63,649 nt of DNA from Promethearchaeota archaeon (GCA_019057795.1 JAHLWS010000063.1:1-63649), one strand, 5' to 3'. Counted from the stretch's first letter, positions 50,426 to 60,800 are shown. Program-made: numbers and translations. The notes: a model not told the origin generated them from the sequence alone.

Positions 50426-51067
50426 ATGGTTCTTAAACAGCCGGAACATTCTTCTCTGTACAAAACAAAAAACACAATTTCGTACAAAGTTAAGATTTTA
50501 ATCTTAGGATCTGCTAATTCTGGGAAACATTTATTAAGTTTAAAATATACACATGGTTTTACATGTAGTTTTAAATATTCTATCGGCGTTGATATCTCTG
50601 TAAAGGATTTCACGCTCCCAAATGGAGAAAAGATATCAAATACTTGCTGGACATTTGCTCCTCAAGAGAGGTTTCAACATTATTGGTCTAATTTTTTTAG
50701 AGGAGCTTCAGGGGCAATTATTTTGTTCGATATAACTAACCCTGAAAGTTTCAAAGAAGTAAAATTATGGGTGTTATCAGTTCGTAAACATATAAATTAT
50801 ATCCCAATCATTTTAATGGGAAATAAAGTTGATTTAAATTACAAGCGCGTTATTACATATGAAGAAGCAAAAAAATTCGCTGAAAAAGAAAAATTTGCCG
50901 CTTATATCGAAACCTCTGTAAAAGAGAATGTTAACATTATTGAAACTTTAGAGCTGTTAAACGAGTTAATTTATTACCATTTAAAATCTGGAAAAGAAAC
51001 TTTTAATCCCTCAGATTTTGATAACTCTTTAAAAACAAAAATAAATAATTTGAAATTAACTCGTTAG
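50426..51067 (+). CDS. Rab-like GTPase with degenerate G1/G3
   Basis: GSANSGKH, SIGVD, WTFAPQERF, NKVD, ETSVK. Confidence 0.85.
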   Translation: MVLKQPEHSSLYKTKNTISYKVKILILGSANSGKHLLSLKYTHGFTCSFKYSIGVDISVKDFTLPNGEKISNTCWTFAPQERFQHYWSNFFRGASGAIILFDITNPESFKEVKLWVLSVRKHINYIPIILMGNKVDLNYKRVITYEEAKKFAEKEKFAAYIETSVKENVNIIETLELLNELIYYHLKSGKETFNPSDFDNSLKTKINNLKLTR

Positions 51068-51183
51068 AAAATAGCTTTTTCTAAACTCCAAAAATCTTAA
51101 ACATTTTAAGATAGTATTTAATTTAGAAAATATATATAAGATGGCTAGTTAGAAATTTATCTTTAATTATTATTATTAACTTA

Positions 51184-52926
51184 ATGATGAATATGAGAAA
51201 TTATTTTGATAAAAATTTGATTCAACAGGTATTTAACTCAAACGAATTTAAAGGATGGCTTCTTTCAAGAAGATGGTTTGGAGATAAATCTTCGTTATCA
51301 AATTTAGCATTTAGTGTGACACTATCCTATTTCAAGATTGTATCAGAAAGAATTTTTTTAACAATAATCGTAATTACTACTCAAGAATATACAAAATCTT
51401 ATTTTCTACCTATGATATCTTACGAAAAAATTCAAGAAATCCTTGAACCAAGGGAAAAAACAAGCGACAACATTGTAAAATTAACAGAAAATACATATAG
51501 TAAAATGGTTGCTTTAAATGTGTATGATAAACAAAAAGAAAAAATAATCGCTCTTAACCTCGTTGAGGCGGAATATTGCTTATTTTTTTGGAAAAAGATG
51601 TTATTTGATAAGAAAATAACTGAAACCTTCCCCACCTTGTCTATGGAACTTACGCTTTATTCTGAACAGTTTGAAGATGAAATTAACATGACAAAAGTAC
51701 GCAACCTCATAGAAGCTAGTTTGTATCCTGAAAGATATGAATATGGCTTAGAACAATTGGGTGGTGGAAATACCACAAATTTACTATTTTCATTAAAGAT
51801 TTACAAGAAAAGCACCAATAAAGAACCTATTTCGTATATTTTAAAATCATATAAAGATTATTCGGGGAGTTTAGAACCGAGAACTTTGTTTGTGTTAGTT
51901 AAAAATAATTTTCCAAATGCGCCCAAAATATATGGAACCATTAAACTCCAAGGCAAAGAAACAATTGGCATACTGGAAGATGTTTCAAATATTGGAAACC
52001 TTGGTGACATTTACTGGAACGAGGTTAATAAAATGATAAATGATGTTTTTAAAAGAATAAATGACGACTATTCCTATCTTAATAATAAAGAGGATATGGC
52101 CAATATTATTAAAAAACATTGTGTTGAATCATTAAAGGTTTCTGAGACAATTGGATTTCAGATTAAGAAATTACACAAAGCTTTAATCTTAAAAGATGAT
52201 CCCCTTTATTCGAAAGAGATGGTTGATAGTAAAAGTTACTTGAAAAATTATACAGATAATTTAAATTCTATAGTAAGTAAAATCCAGAGTTATATGAACA
52301 AAAAGTCTGAAGGAGCGTTTTATAATTCGCCTAAAATTACTTCGATTTTACTTGATATTAAGGATATTATCGAAAAATTTCGTTCTGAATTTGAAGCTGA
52401 ACAGATCACTATACAACCAGTTCACCAAGATTTGCATATGCAACAAATTTTATACAATAAAAGCAATGATCAATATAATTTCTATTTCATAGATTTTGAA
52501 GGAGACCCTCAACTATCTATTGAAGAAAAGGACAGAAAATTCCCAATTGAAAAGGATTTAGCAAGTTTCTTAAGATCATTAAGCTATATTAAATTTAATA
52601 CATTGCTTAATTTCATTGAAATGAAAATTGTAGATAAAAACAAATTTGAAGTTCCCGCAGAATTCCTTTTTAGTCTTTATTTTAGAAAGTCTTCAAAAAT
52701 TAGTAAAAAACATAAAACTTTGGAAATTGCGTTAAACCTCCTTAATTTATGGGAGAATAAATTAATGGGAAAAATATTCGACAAAAGTCTTAAACTTCAT
52801 TTTACTCTGATTAATTATTTTACAATAGAAAGAGCATTACACGAATTAGATTATGAACTTCTCTTTCGCCCAAACAATATAATTATTCCGATCTTGGGTT
52901 TAAAAGAAATTATTGAAAAAAATTGA
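51184..52926 (+). CDS. Maltokinase (Mak/Pep2)-like kinase
   Basis: RWFGDK, HQDLHMQQIL, IDFEGDP, DLASFLRS, ELDYE. Confidence 0.8.
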   Translation: MMNMRNYFDKNLIQQVFNSNEFKGWLLSRRWFGDKSSLSNLAFSVTLSYFKIVSERIFLTIIVITTQEYTKSYFLPMISYEKIQEILEPREKTSDNIVKLTENTYSKMVALNVYDKQKEKIIALNLVEAEYCLFFWKKMLFDKKITETFPTLSMELTLYSEQFEDEINMTKVRNLIEASLYPERYEYGLEQLGGGNTTNLLFSLKIYKKSTNKEPISYILKSYKDYSGSLEPRTLFVLVKNNFPNAPKIYGTIKLQGKETIGILEDVSNIGNLGDIYWNEVNKMINDVFKRINDDYSYLNNKEDMANIIKKHCVESLKVSETIGFQIKKLHKALILKDDPLYSKEMVDSKSYLKNYTDNLNSIVSKIQSYMNKKSEGAFYNSPKITSILLDIKDIIEKFRSEFEAEQITIQPVHQDLHMQQILYNKSNDQYNFYFIDFEGDPQLSIEEKDRKFPIEKDLASFLRSLSYIKFNTLLNFIEMKIVDKNKFEVPAEFLFSLYFRKSSKISKKHKTLEIALNLLNLWENKLMGKIFDKSLKLHFTLINYFTIERALHELDYELLFRPNNIIIPILGLKEIIEKN

Positions 52927-52968
52927 TTTTTTTTATTTTATTTTATTTTATTGTTGTTTAGGAATTTT

Positions 52969-53049
52969 CGCGAATGCGTAAGAATAATTATTCCTATCTT
53001 GGGAATTGTCAATTTTCTTTCTTTAATTGCGCGAATGCGTAAGAATAAT
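52969..53049. repeat. 20-bp perfect direct repeat CGCGAATGCGTAAGAATAAT, two copies, with a partial copy at 53228
   Basis: Copies at 52969-52988 and 53030-53049. Confidence 0.9.
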
Positions 53050-53050
53050 G

Positions 53051-53224
53051 TCATAGAAAGCCGCGCTCCTTTAATAGGTGCATGTAATCTGGGTGTTTTT
53101 CCTTTCTAAGAATCTTATCTCCTTCGATAAGGTTTTCATAACACTTAGTGCAGAACCAAGCTCCATGGAATGGAATCCAAGCCATATCGAGGTTAGATGG
53201 GCCCTTATTTGTAAGGAATGCCAA
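53051..53224 (-). pseudogene. Short ORF or gene fragment with a single CxxC
   Basis: LAFLTNKGPSNLDMAWIPFHGAWFCTKCYENL...KERGFL* (57 aa); resembles half of a zinc finger. Confidence 0.45.
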
Positions 53225-53485
53225 TTAGCGCGAATCAAAAGAATTGTCAAACAAAACAAATTAAAACTTAAACCATAAAACAAAAAAAAGGTGATAAAAA
53301 AGTATGGAAAAACAAAAAACAAAAATTGTTGAAAATGTTAAGGCTATAGGCACGTTAGAAGAATTTACCGACGAGACTCATAGAAACCAAGTTTATTTTT
53401 TTTTATTTATTTTATTTCGATTAGAAAAGGAGTTATCGATTTTCAAGAAAGGAAAAAAGGAGATGACATAAAAGAATGATTAAAT

Positions 53486-54094
53486 TTACGCATCTTTCTT
53501 TAATTGCGCAAATTCGAAAGAGTAATGAGACGAATAGATATCCAACTCTTTAATTTCATTTTTATATTTTTGGCGTAAACTCTTATTGCTTTTCATTTCT
53601 TCTTCAATATAATTAGAATTTAACTCTTTTTGCTTAAATAACCGCCATAGAAAAGCTTCAACGAATTTTTTCGGGCCAAATTTTTTAGTAGTCAACAAGT
53701 AATTATTATCGTCAAAAAAACTATTAAAAAAACCAAGATTTTCACAAAAATCAATCTTATATCTTAAATCTTCTTGTTTACCGTAGATCCTTGCTATATC
53801 GTTTACGAACCTCGCTAATTTATCTCCAGAATTTAATTGTTCCTTTTCTTCTAGTCGTTCAATTATATTTCGTAGAAAACTTTTTTTAACAACAACCAAA
53901 TCCCGGTCATTTAACGAAGAAAGTGCTGTTTTATGTTTAATTAAGTATTTGGAAAGCTCTAAATAGTTTTTAATTAAATTAGTTTTAGAAATGCCCATCC
54001 TTTCTTTCATGTTGTCTAAATGTTCGTTCAACTTTTCGTCAATTCTAATTGTAATTACCTTAGTTGGTTTTTTTGACTTATAAATTTCGTCCAT
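53486..54094 (-). CDS. Ribbon-helix-helix (CopG-like) regulator
   Basis: VITIRIDEKLNEHLDNMKERMGISKTNLIK. Confidence 0.75.
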   Translation of the reverse strand: MDEIYKSKKPTKVITIRIDEKLNEHLDNMKERMGISKTNLIKNYLELSKYLIKHKTALSSLNDRDLVVVKKSFLRNIIERLEEKEQLNSGDKLARFVNDIARIYGKQEDLRYKIDFCENLGFFNSFFDDNNYLLTTKKFGPKKFVEAFLWRLFKQKELNSNYIEEEMKSNKSLRQKYKNEIKELDIYSSHYSFEFAQLKKDA

Positions 54095-54710
54095 TTAAGA
54101 TCGCCTTTTATTTAATGAATTGTAGATTTTGTATGCATTTAACATTATATGTTAATATTGTAATTCTTGTATTTTAATTAATGTATTTTTGTGATAATTA
54201 AGTGGGAAATTTTTGGTAAATTATTATCTCTTATTTCTTCGCTTATTTTGGTAGAAATATAACATTTTATCCATGTAGTAGCGCTTAATTGTTCAGATCC
54301 TAAAACAACCACTAGCTGTTTTAAAATTTTGTTATATTATTTTGACATTAATAACAATTAGTTGATTTTTTAATATCGTTTTAAAATGTGATAAATTAAA
54401 TAAACAACCTTTTGATTAAAAGGGATGGTCATTATTTTAAGATAATTTAAATAGGATCTTAATATAAACGTGATTCAAAGAGATAAAAAAAGATATCTAA
54501 ATAATTGACTATCACCTTGAAGAGTAAGCGATTTTGAGAAATTTTATTTTAATTAAAGTGTATGGTATAAAATGTAGTAAATAGTAACTTTTTTAGTAAA
54601 AAGTTATCAAATGAATAATGAAATAGACTTAAAAGGCGAAATAGATTTTGTAATAATGTATTCCAAAATAAAAAAAGACTTAATTATTTGTTTAGGGTTG
54701 AAAAATTTAT

Positions 54711-55097
54711 ATGGAAATGAGCGAAACAAATTTATCAGGTTCTGAATTAATAAATTCAGATTTAAAAAAATCAGAAATCCATGGACCATTAGAATTAGAA
54801 TTGTTCGATAAAAATCATAATCTGATCGCAATAGGATCTGACAAAAAGATCGAAAAGGTTGCAAAAGCACTCTCTTCAAAAACGAGACGCCTGATCCTGC
54901 ACCGAATCCAAAGTTCAACGGAAGGGTTGGATGTTTCTGATATCGCTTCAGTTTTAGGCATGACCGAAGCAAATATCTCTGCCCAAATTAAAAAACTACA
55001 GGAGGCGGAATTAATTTACTGTGAATATTGTTCAGGTCAGCATGGAGTGAGAAAAATCAGCAAATTGAAATTCGAACAATTAGTAATAAAATTCTAA
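54711..55097 (+). CDS. ArsR-family HTH regulator
   Basis: KALSSKTRRLIL..DIASVLGMTEANISAQIKKLQEAELI. Confidence 0.85.
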   Translation: MEMSETNLSGSELINSDLKKSEIHGPLELELFDKNHNLIAIGSDKKIEKVAKALSSKTRRLILHRIQSSTEGLDVSDIASVLGMTEANISAQIKKLQEAELIYCEYCSGQHGVRKISKLKFEQLVIKF

Positions 55098-55149
55098 CTG
55101 TCCTATTTTCTTCTTTTACACGAAGAAATCATTTAAATGAGAAATACAT

Positions 55150-56289
55150 TCACCGGAAGTGAGAAACTAATGTATTTTTGATTTTTTCAAAATGTCCTAA
55201 ATTTACTTTTTGAATGTCGTTTAAAGTCTCGGTTAAACCAGCTTTTTCAATTTTCCTTACGATTTTGAAGTACGGACTTTTCTTCAGCTCTTTAATTAAA
55301 GCTTTGTTTTCCTCGATATTTTTTAGGAGATATTCAGTACAATTTATTTCCTCAACACCTAAAATGGTTTGGATAATTGCTAACAGCATTGTGTCGAATG
55401 TAATTCTTAATATGATTTCCCTATCAAAATCCTTTTTTATATTTTTCAAATATTCTTTAAGCAACGATATCGATTCTTTAAAGAGCTCAATTGAATTACG
55501 TCCAAGGTCTTCGATTTTTTTTTTTTTATTCGGATTGTTAGTAGCTGTTAGGCATATTGCTGAGAGTGTTTGATATTCCGCGACAAAATGAATAAATCTA
55601 GCTTTAGCGTTAAGCGCTGTATCTTTAGATTCTTCCTCATCTAATAAATCTCCTAAGTTATCCAGTGATTGTTTAAAATATGTAGAAACAGTATAAAATT
55701 TATCTGCAGCAGCTTCAAATTCTTTATTGATAATTAAGTTTTGTGCTTGTTTTTCTTCTTGTTGATAAAGTTCATCAAACTTATTGATTCTCATTACCGC
55801 CTTTAAAATTAATTGTTTGCCTAAATCTTTTGTTATATGAGACCGCTCAAATGATTGTCCCGCTTTTAATAAAAGGATCGAAGCTAAACTATTATAATCT
55901 TCAGGATCTGTTTCATATAAATAATCCCCAGCTTTATTCCAACTTTCACCAGCAGTTTCCCAATCTTTCATTCTAAAAGATAAATTCCCTAAATGAACTA
56001 GTAACTTTGCCGATATCTCGTATAATTTTAATTCTTCAGTTTTACGGATTATCGATTTTAGGCGATATAATGCTTGAATATTGTTTTTAAATTGGGAAAT
56101 AAGTTGTGTTATTCTTATATATAATTCATCTAATTTGATATAACCTCCGATATCGAGATAAATTTGGGCTGCTTTCTCGTACTCGTCTATAGCTTTATCT
56201 CCTTCTCCTTTATCAGCTAAGGTTTCGGCCCAATCAATTAATTTAATTGCTTCAATTTCTTTTTCTTCATTAACATCATTATTATACAT
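55150..56289 (-). CDS. TPR/alpha-SNAP-like solenoid protein
   Basis: Repeated helices AIDEYEKAAQIY, AGESWNKAGDY, AADKFY. Confidence 0.7.
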   Translation of the reverse strand: MYNNDVNEEKEIEAIKLIDWAETLADKGEGDKAIDEYEKAAQIYLDIGGYIKLDELYIRITQLISQFKNNIQALYRLKSIIRKTEELKLYEISAKLLVHLGNLSFRMKDWETAGESWNKAGDYLYETDPEDYNSLASILLLKAGQSFERSHITKDLGKQLILKAVMRINKFDELYQQEEKQAQNLIINKEFEAAADKFYTVSTYFKQSLDNLGDLLDEEESKDTALNAKARFIHFVAEYQTLSAICLTATNNPNKKKKIEDLGRNSIELFKESISLLKEYLKNIKKDFDREIILRITFDTMLLAIIQTILGVEEINCTEYLLKNIEENKALIKELKKSPYFKIVRKIEKAGLTETLNDIQKVNLGHFEKIKNTLVSHFR

Positions 56290-56461
56290 GTTCGCACTCT
56301 ATTATTTACTCGTAAATTATTATGAGTTTATCATATAGTATATCTTTTTTGCTGTTTAATGAATTAGTAATTTTATCCAAATGTGTAATTAATATAGTTA
56401 TTGTAAGAAATTAAGTCTATTTAAATTTTGATTATGTGATATTTGGCTCTTTTTCCGTATT

Positions 56462-57343
56462 TTATAATTTATCTAACAACTTGATATTATTATTTTTCAA
56501 CACTTTCTTAAACTCTAATGCTTGATAAACAGACGCGAAGCACTCTTTAGCATCCTCTATCGCTCCATAGAATAAAAAGTTAGAAAAACACGATGCTATA
56601 GCCATTATACTAGCTTTTCGATATTTAGTATGGAATTTTTTATTTAGTCTAGGAGAGGAATATTTAAAAAGAAAAAGCGTAGGCGCGGTACCAACAGGGA
56701 GTTTAAGAGAGCTACTAATTAATTGTTGCGTTTCAAGGATGTGGGCTAAGCTTTCGATATCAATTACCCCTCCATCGACCCAAATGTTCTCTATGCCAAT
56801 TTTTTTCAAACCATCAATAATATTTGTATTTCCCGGTTGGTTGTTTTCAGTTATATAAGAATATCTTTGCGTAGAGGTCATATTACTTGAGGCTAGGATT
56901 AAAACCACAGCAGAAGTTATTTTGTTCTCCTGAAGAAGTTCAATTTCTTTCTTATTTTTTAGGTTTGATACGGCATTATATATAAATTCATTTGGCTTAA
57001 CCCCATTTTCTGAAAGCCATTCAAGACCCGCAACTCTAGCCCCAAAAGTCCCCCCTAAAACAAAAGGAGGCTCAAATTTATCAAAATAAAACTCTAAATA
57101 TTTTACCATAGCTTTGGGTGTAACTGCAGAAATCTCAATTAAATCAGGAATTTTATATTGTTTAGCTAAAGCTTTTTGAGTATTGATTCTTTTAACAGCT
57201 TTTTCTTCGTCAAAAATTTCCTCATTTTTACGATCAACCAAAGTTTGACTTTGATAAAACATCGTTCCAATCATTATGGGCGGTAAATCATAACCACCAT
57301 AACCTAATTTGATATCACCATATGAAAAATATTCTTGCGGCAT
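56462..57343 (-). CDS. MtrH-like pterin-binding methyltransferase
   Basis: IGTMFY..FDEEKA, IYNAV, LPVG.AP, LFYGAIE. Confidence 0.75.
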   Translation of the reverse strand: MPQEYFSYGDIKLGYGGYDLPPIMIGTMFYQSQTLVDRKNEEIFDEEKAVKRINTQKALAKQYKIPDLIEISAVTPKAMVKYLEFYFDKFEPPFVLGGTFGARVAGLEWLSENGVKPNEFIYNAVSNLKNKKEIELLQENKITSAVVLILASSNMTSTQRYSYITENNQPGNTNIIDGLKKIGIENIWVDGGVIDIESLAHILETQQLISSSLKLPVGTAPTLFLFKYSSPRLNKKFHTKYRKASIMAIASCFSNFLFYGAIEDAKECFASVYQALEFKKVLKNNNIKLLDKL

Positions 57344-57448
57344 ATTAAGATCATATTAAAAATTCAATTATAAGATAATATCTTTTATAGCACTAACATT
57401 ATTTAAAACTAATATTTATAAAAATATAATTAAGTAAGATAGCTGCAA

Positions 57449-58642
57449 TTAGTAACGATGTAATTTTACACCACAATTTTTACATCGATTATCTCTTAAA
57501 TCTTTAAAGCATTTTTCATGGTACAAGGTTTTGCAGTTATCACACCTTAAAATTTCTTGTCCTTCTTCAAATATGAAATGACATACGGGGCATGAGCTAA
57601 ACAGCTCGTTAGAATCTAAATCCTTAAAATTCGCTTTTTCTGTGTGAGATATTTCTGGTTCTTTAGGAGCAGGTTTTTGTTTTATGCGTGGTTTAATCAA
57701 AGAAGTTAATTTTTGAGCCTGAGAAACTTCAGTAGGAATTTTTAATAGATAAAAACAATGTGGACACCGTACGGTCCCAGCCAGTCTCATTTTTTTATCT
57801 TTTTGGGCATCTGCCCATGAATTTAAACAATGGATGTGAAATGGGGTCTGACAGTTAGGACAATATCGTCCGCTAATGTAAAATGAACTTTTTGTATATG
57901 GGTTTGTGTCGGAAAAACAAATCGAACATTTTTTGTAATCTCCTAAACCTCTAATTTGCAATAATCGCTGTTCTTGATCTTTAGTTAAATCTTGAACTCT
58001 TAATAAATCAGCAGCTATTTTTCTTAGAAATGCAGGATTTTCAATCAGCGAACTATCTCCGCCACCATATGTTTTGACATTAGAATGTGCTAGATCGTGA
58101 GCTGATTGCAATAAAGTTTGAGCATTGTTATTGTAGTAATAATTACCACCTGTTATATCTGACATTCTTTTTAAATCATTAAGAGTAGAGAGTTCTCCTA
58201 AACGAAAGGAATCTATTTTAATGTTTAATCCTTGAGCAAGGCGAGCCATTTTCATAGGATCAATTGACATTTTTGTGTAGTTTCCGTCAGAAATAACAAG
58301 GATTCGAGGAATTTTAGCTGATATTTTACGTAATTCTGAAATAATAAGTTTTATTGAAAGACCTAAAGCTTCTCCCATTGCTGACTTACCTGAAATGTTT
58401 AAAGAATCTATAGCGTCAAAGAGTTGACCCTTAATGTTCGTAAAATCAACGATTTTCTTTGGTTTATCAGAAAAAGCAATAATCGCGAAGGCGGTCGAAG
58501 TATCTCCAGCAAACCTTTCGCTGATTAGCTTCTTTACGGCATCAATACTACATTTCATACGGTTTGGCTGATAATCTGTTCGATACATAGATCTAGAAGT
58601 ATCAATACAAACAACAATGTTCTCAGGAGTCCGTTCAGACAA
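57449..58642 (-). CDS. vWA plus tandem RING/PHD-finger protein
   Basis: MIDAS DTSRS, PNR, SDG; CSIC..CPNC..HIHC..W..CPHC and CPVC..CDNC..HEKC..CKNC. Confidence 0.85.
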   Translation of the reverse strand: MSERTPENIVVCIDTSRSMYRTDYQPNRMKCSIDAVKKLISERFAGDTSTAFAIIAFSDKPKKIVDFTNIKGQLFDAIDSLNISGKSAMGEALGLSIKLIISELRKISAKIPRILVISDGNYTKMSIDPMKMARLAQGLNIKIDSFRLGELSTLNDLKRMSDITGGNYYYNNNAQTLLQSAHDLAHSNVKTYGGGDSSLIENPAFLRKIAADLLRVQDLTKDQEQRLLQIRGLGDYKKCSICFSDTNPYTKSSFYISGRYCPNCQTPFHIHCLNSWADAQKDKKMRLAGTVRCPHCFYLLKIPTEVSQAQKLTSLIKPRIKQKPAPKEPEISHTEKANFKDLDSNELFSSCPVCHFIFEEGQEILRCDNCKTLYHEKCFKDLRDNRCKNCGVKLHRY

Positions 58643-58828
58643 CGTTCAAATACCCTTACTACTTTTAAATATGCCCTTAATTACTTTATAAACTTTATAT
58701 GAATCATTAAGAATAAATATTTATGTGTTTTATGTGTTCTTCACAAAACTAAAGTTTTATTAATTAGATATTTTACTATAAGCATAATTGCATAAAAGCA
58801 TAATTGATATTAGGTTCGTTGACAAAAA

Positions 58829-60037
58829 ATGTCTGAAGAGGAGACAAAAAAGGTTGTAATTAAAGACTTCTTTAAAAGTTCTGTTATTATTAATGAATTA
58901 GATGAAGCATTAAAGTTCAAGCCAAATAGTCTTATTGGGATTGATCAGATTTCTAGCGAAAAATTAATTGAACATAATATAAAAAATATTGAAGCGTTAG
59001 CCAAAGTTCCATTAGACAATCTTCCCAAGATAGAAGAAATTCCTATAAATGTTCTTACGAAATGGATCAAGATAGCTCAAGTATTAGAGAAAGCGATTAG
59101 AGAAAAGTTAAGAGCTCATAAAAAAATATTAATGATTGGGCTCGATAATGGTGGAAAGACCAGTATTTTGGCAGTGCTTCAGGATAAGTATTCTATAATT
59201 AAGTCCTTGTTACCAACAAGGGGGGTTAAACGCGAAAAATTAGATTTTTTCGGTTATCCAATACTCTCATGGGATCTAGGCGGTCAAGTTCAGTATAGAG
59301 AGAAACTATACTTTAATAAACCTGAATTATTTTTTACTGAAGCGGATATAATTTTGTACGTTGTTGACACACAAGAGACTGAACGATTTACAGAATCAGC
59401 AAATTACTTCCGCCAAGTATTGAAAGCCTTAAAACAATTAAATGAGTTTCCCCCCATTTTAGTTGTACTTTCAAAAAGCGATCAAGATGTTCGCACCTCG
59501 CTCGAATGGCAGAATAACGTATCTACTATAAAATCTAAATTTAATCACATTGTTGGGGAATTTGAGAAAATATCTATTAACTATTCCGATACAACAATAT
59601 TTCAAAAAGAAACGATAATGCAAATGTTCAGCGAGGCGTTAAAAAAGGTCTCTGAAACATCTGAAATTATCGAAAACATCCTCGAAGATTTCACCCATAC
59701 AATTGAAGGTAAAGCGGCAAGTCTGATTTCCATGGATGGATTAATTTTTGGAAACTTCACAGACTCAGAGATTGACACAGCATTGTTAAATAATACCGCT
59801 TTAATTATGCAAACTCTCTCAAATTTCCACAGTTCAATTGGATTAACTAGAGAGCCTTCGATAACGCTCGATTTTCCACTAAATGGGTTCACTATACGAG
59901 GAGAAAAATTATTTGAATATTCAGAATTGAACATCCCTGTATATTTATGGATTTTATCAGAAAATGTCGAGCTTCTTTACGAAAAAATCGATTACTTCAA
60001 GCAACAACTCTTACCCTTAATTAATTTATTCCTTTAA
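58829..60037 (+). CDS. Arf/Rag-like GTPase with N-terminal HhH-like and C-terminal roadblock-like domains
   Basis: GLDNGGKT, PTRG, WDLGGQ, SKSD; C-terminal ASLISMDGLIFG. Confidence 0.85.
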   Translation: MSEEETKKVVIKDFFKSSVIINELDEALKFKPNSLIGIDQISSEKLIEHNIKNIEALAKVPLDNLPKIEEIPINVLTKWIKIAQVLEKAIREKLRAHKKILMIGLDNGGKTSILAVLQDKYSIIKSLLPTRGVKREKLDFFGYPILSWDLGGQVQYREKLYFNKPELFFTEADIILYVVDTQETERFTESANYFRQVLKALKQLNEFPPILVVLSKSDQDVRTSLEWQNNVSTIKSKFNHIVGEFEKISINYSDTTIFQKETIMQMFSEALKKVSETSEIIENILEDFTHTIEGKAASLISMDGLIFGNFTDSEIDTALLNNTALIMQTLSNFHSSIGLTREPSITLDFPLNGFTIRGEKLFEYSELNIPVYLWILSENVELLYEKIDYFKQQLLPLINLFL

Positions 60038-60139
60038 TTATTTTTCTTTTTAATTCTAAATCGTTAATTCTAACGATTAAATACCGAATTCCTTAAGTTT
60101 GTGAAAATAAAAAAATTTAGAAATTTAAAATTCTTTTCT

Positions 60140-60349
60140 TTATTCGTTCAAAGCTTCTTTTGCCGAAAGTAAGTATTCTGTGCATTTATCCATCATTTCA
60201 ATCGCGTTGTTTAAATTTTCCACAACTGAAGTTAGACTTTTTTCCTTTGCGATGTCTCGCCATTTTACAAAACTTTCTTTATGAGAAGCGTTGTGATTTG
60301 CCCAATGCTCGCATAATTTTGAAAGCTTTAATAATTGTTTATCAACCAT
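60140..60349 (-). CDS. Small helical protein with HWxxHNxxH motif (putative metal/Ni binding)
   Basis: EHWANHNASHKESF. Confidence 0.65.
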   Translation of the reverse strand: MVDKQLLKLSKLCEHWANHNASHKESFVKWRDIAKEKSLTSVVENLNNAIEMMDKCTEYLLSAKEALNE

Positions 60350-60484
60350 ATTTTTTAAGCCTGAAATTAATCAATTAGATTCAATATACAATTTAATTAA
60401 TCAATAAAAATTAATATGCAATTTTAAATTCTGTGTTCTAAATTTTTAATAATGAAAAAAAAATAAAAAAAAATAAAAATTCAA

Positions 60485-60605
60485 TTACTCTCTACATAAT
60501 CGCTTAAGTAAGGTAGGATCAATAATCTCTCTTGGTTGCCAACCTTGTGTCTTAAGAAACTCTTTGTTACCTTTTCTCACGATATCTTTGTTACCTTTTT
60601 TTCAT
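60485..60605 (-). pseudogene. Remnant resembling the C-terminus of archaeal CODH/ACS alpha subunit (CdhA)
   Basis: KEFLKTQGWQPREIIDPTLLKRLCRE*; a 15-bp direct repeat (60561/60585) sits at the break. Confidence 0.5.
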
Positions 60606-60800
60606 GGGAATTTTTATGTTTTAACAAAAATATTTTAGATAGCAAAAAATCTTCCTAATCATTTATTTCCTTAATCTTATTTTATTAATTATAAAATTAA
60701 TAATTTGGGAGTTTTTTGTTTAAATTTATAAAATTTATTAATTATTAAAATAGAAGTAAGCAAAGAAAAAAAAAGGTTAATTATTTGAAAATAAAATTAT

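Noticed and set aside
52969-53049. CRISPR array
   Set aside because: Only two 20-bp copies, the spacer is made of local sequence, and there are no cas genes.
53071-53322. Track ORFs 53071-53322 and 53078-53278
   Set aside because: Low-complexity translations; the 53051-53224 minus frame is more protein-like.
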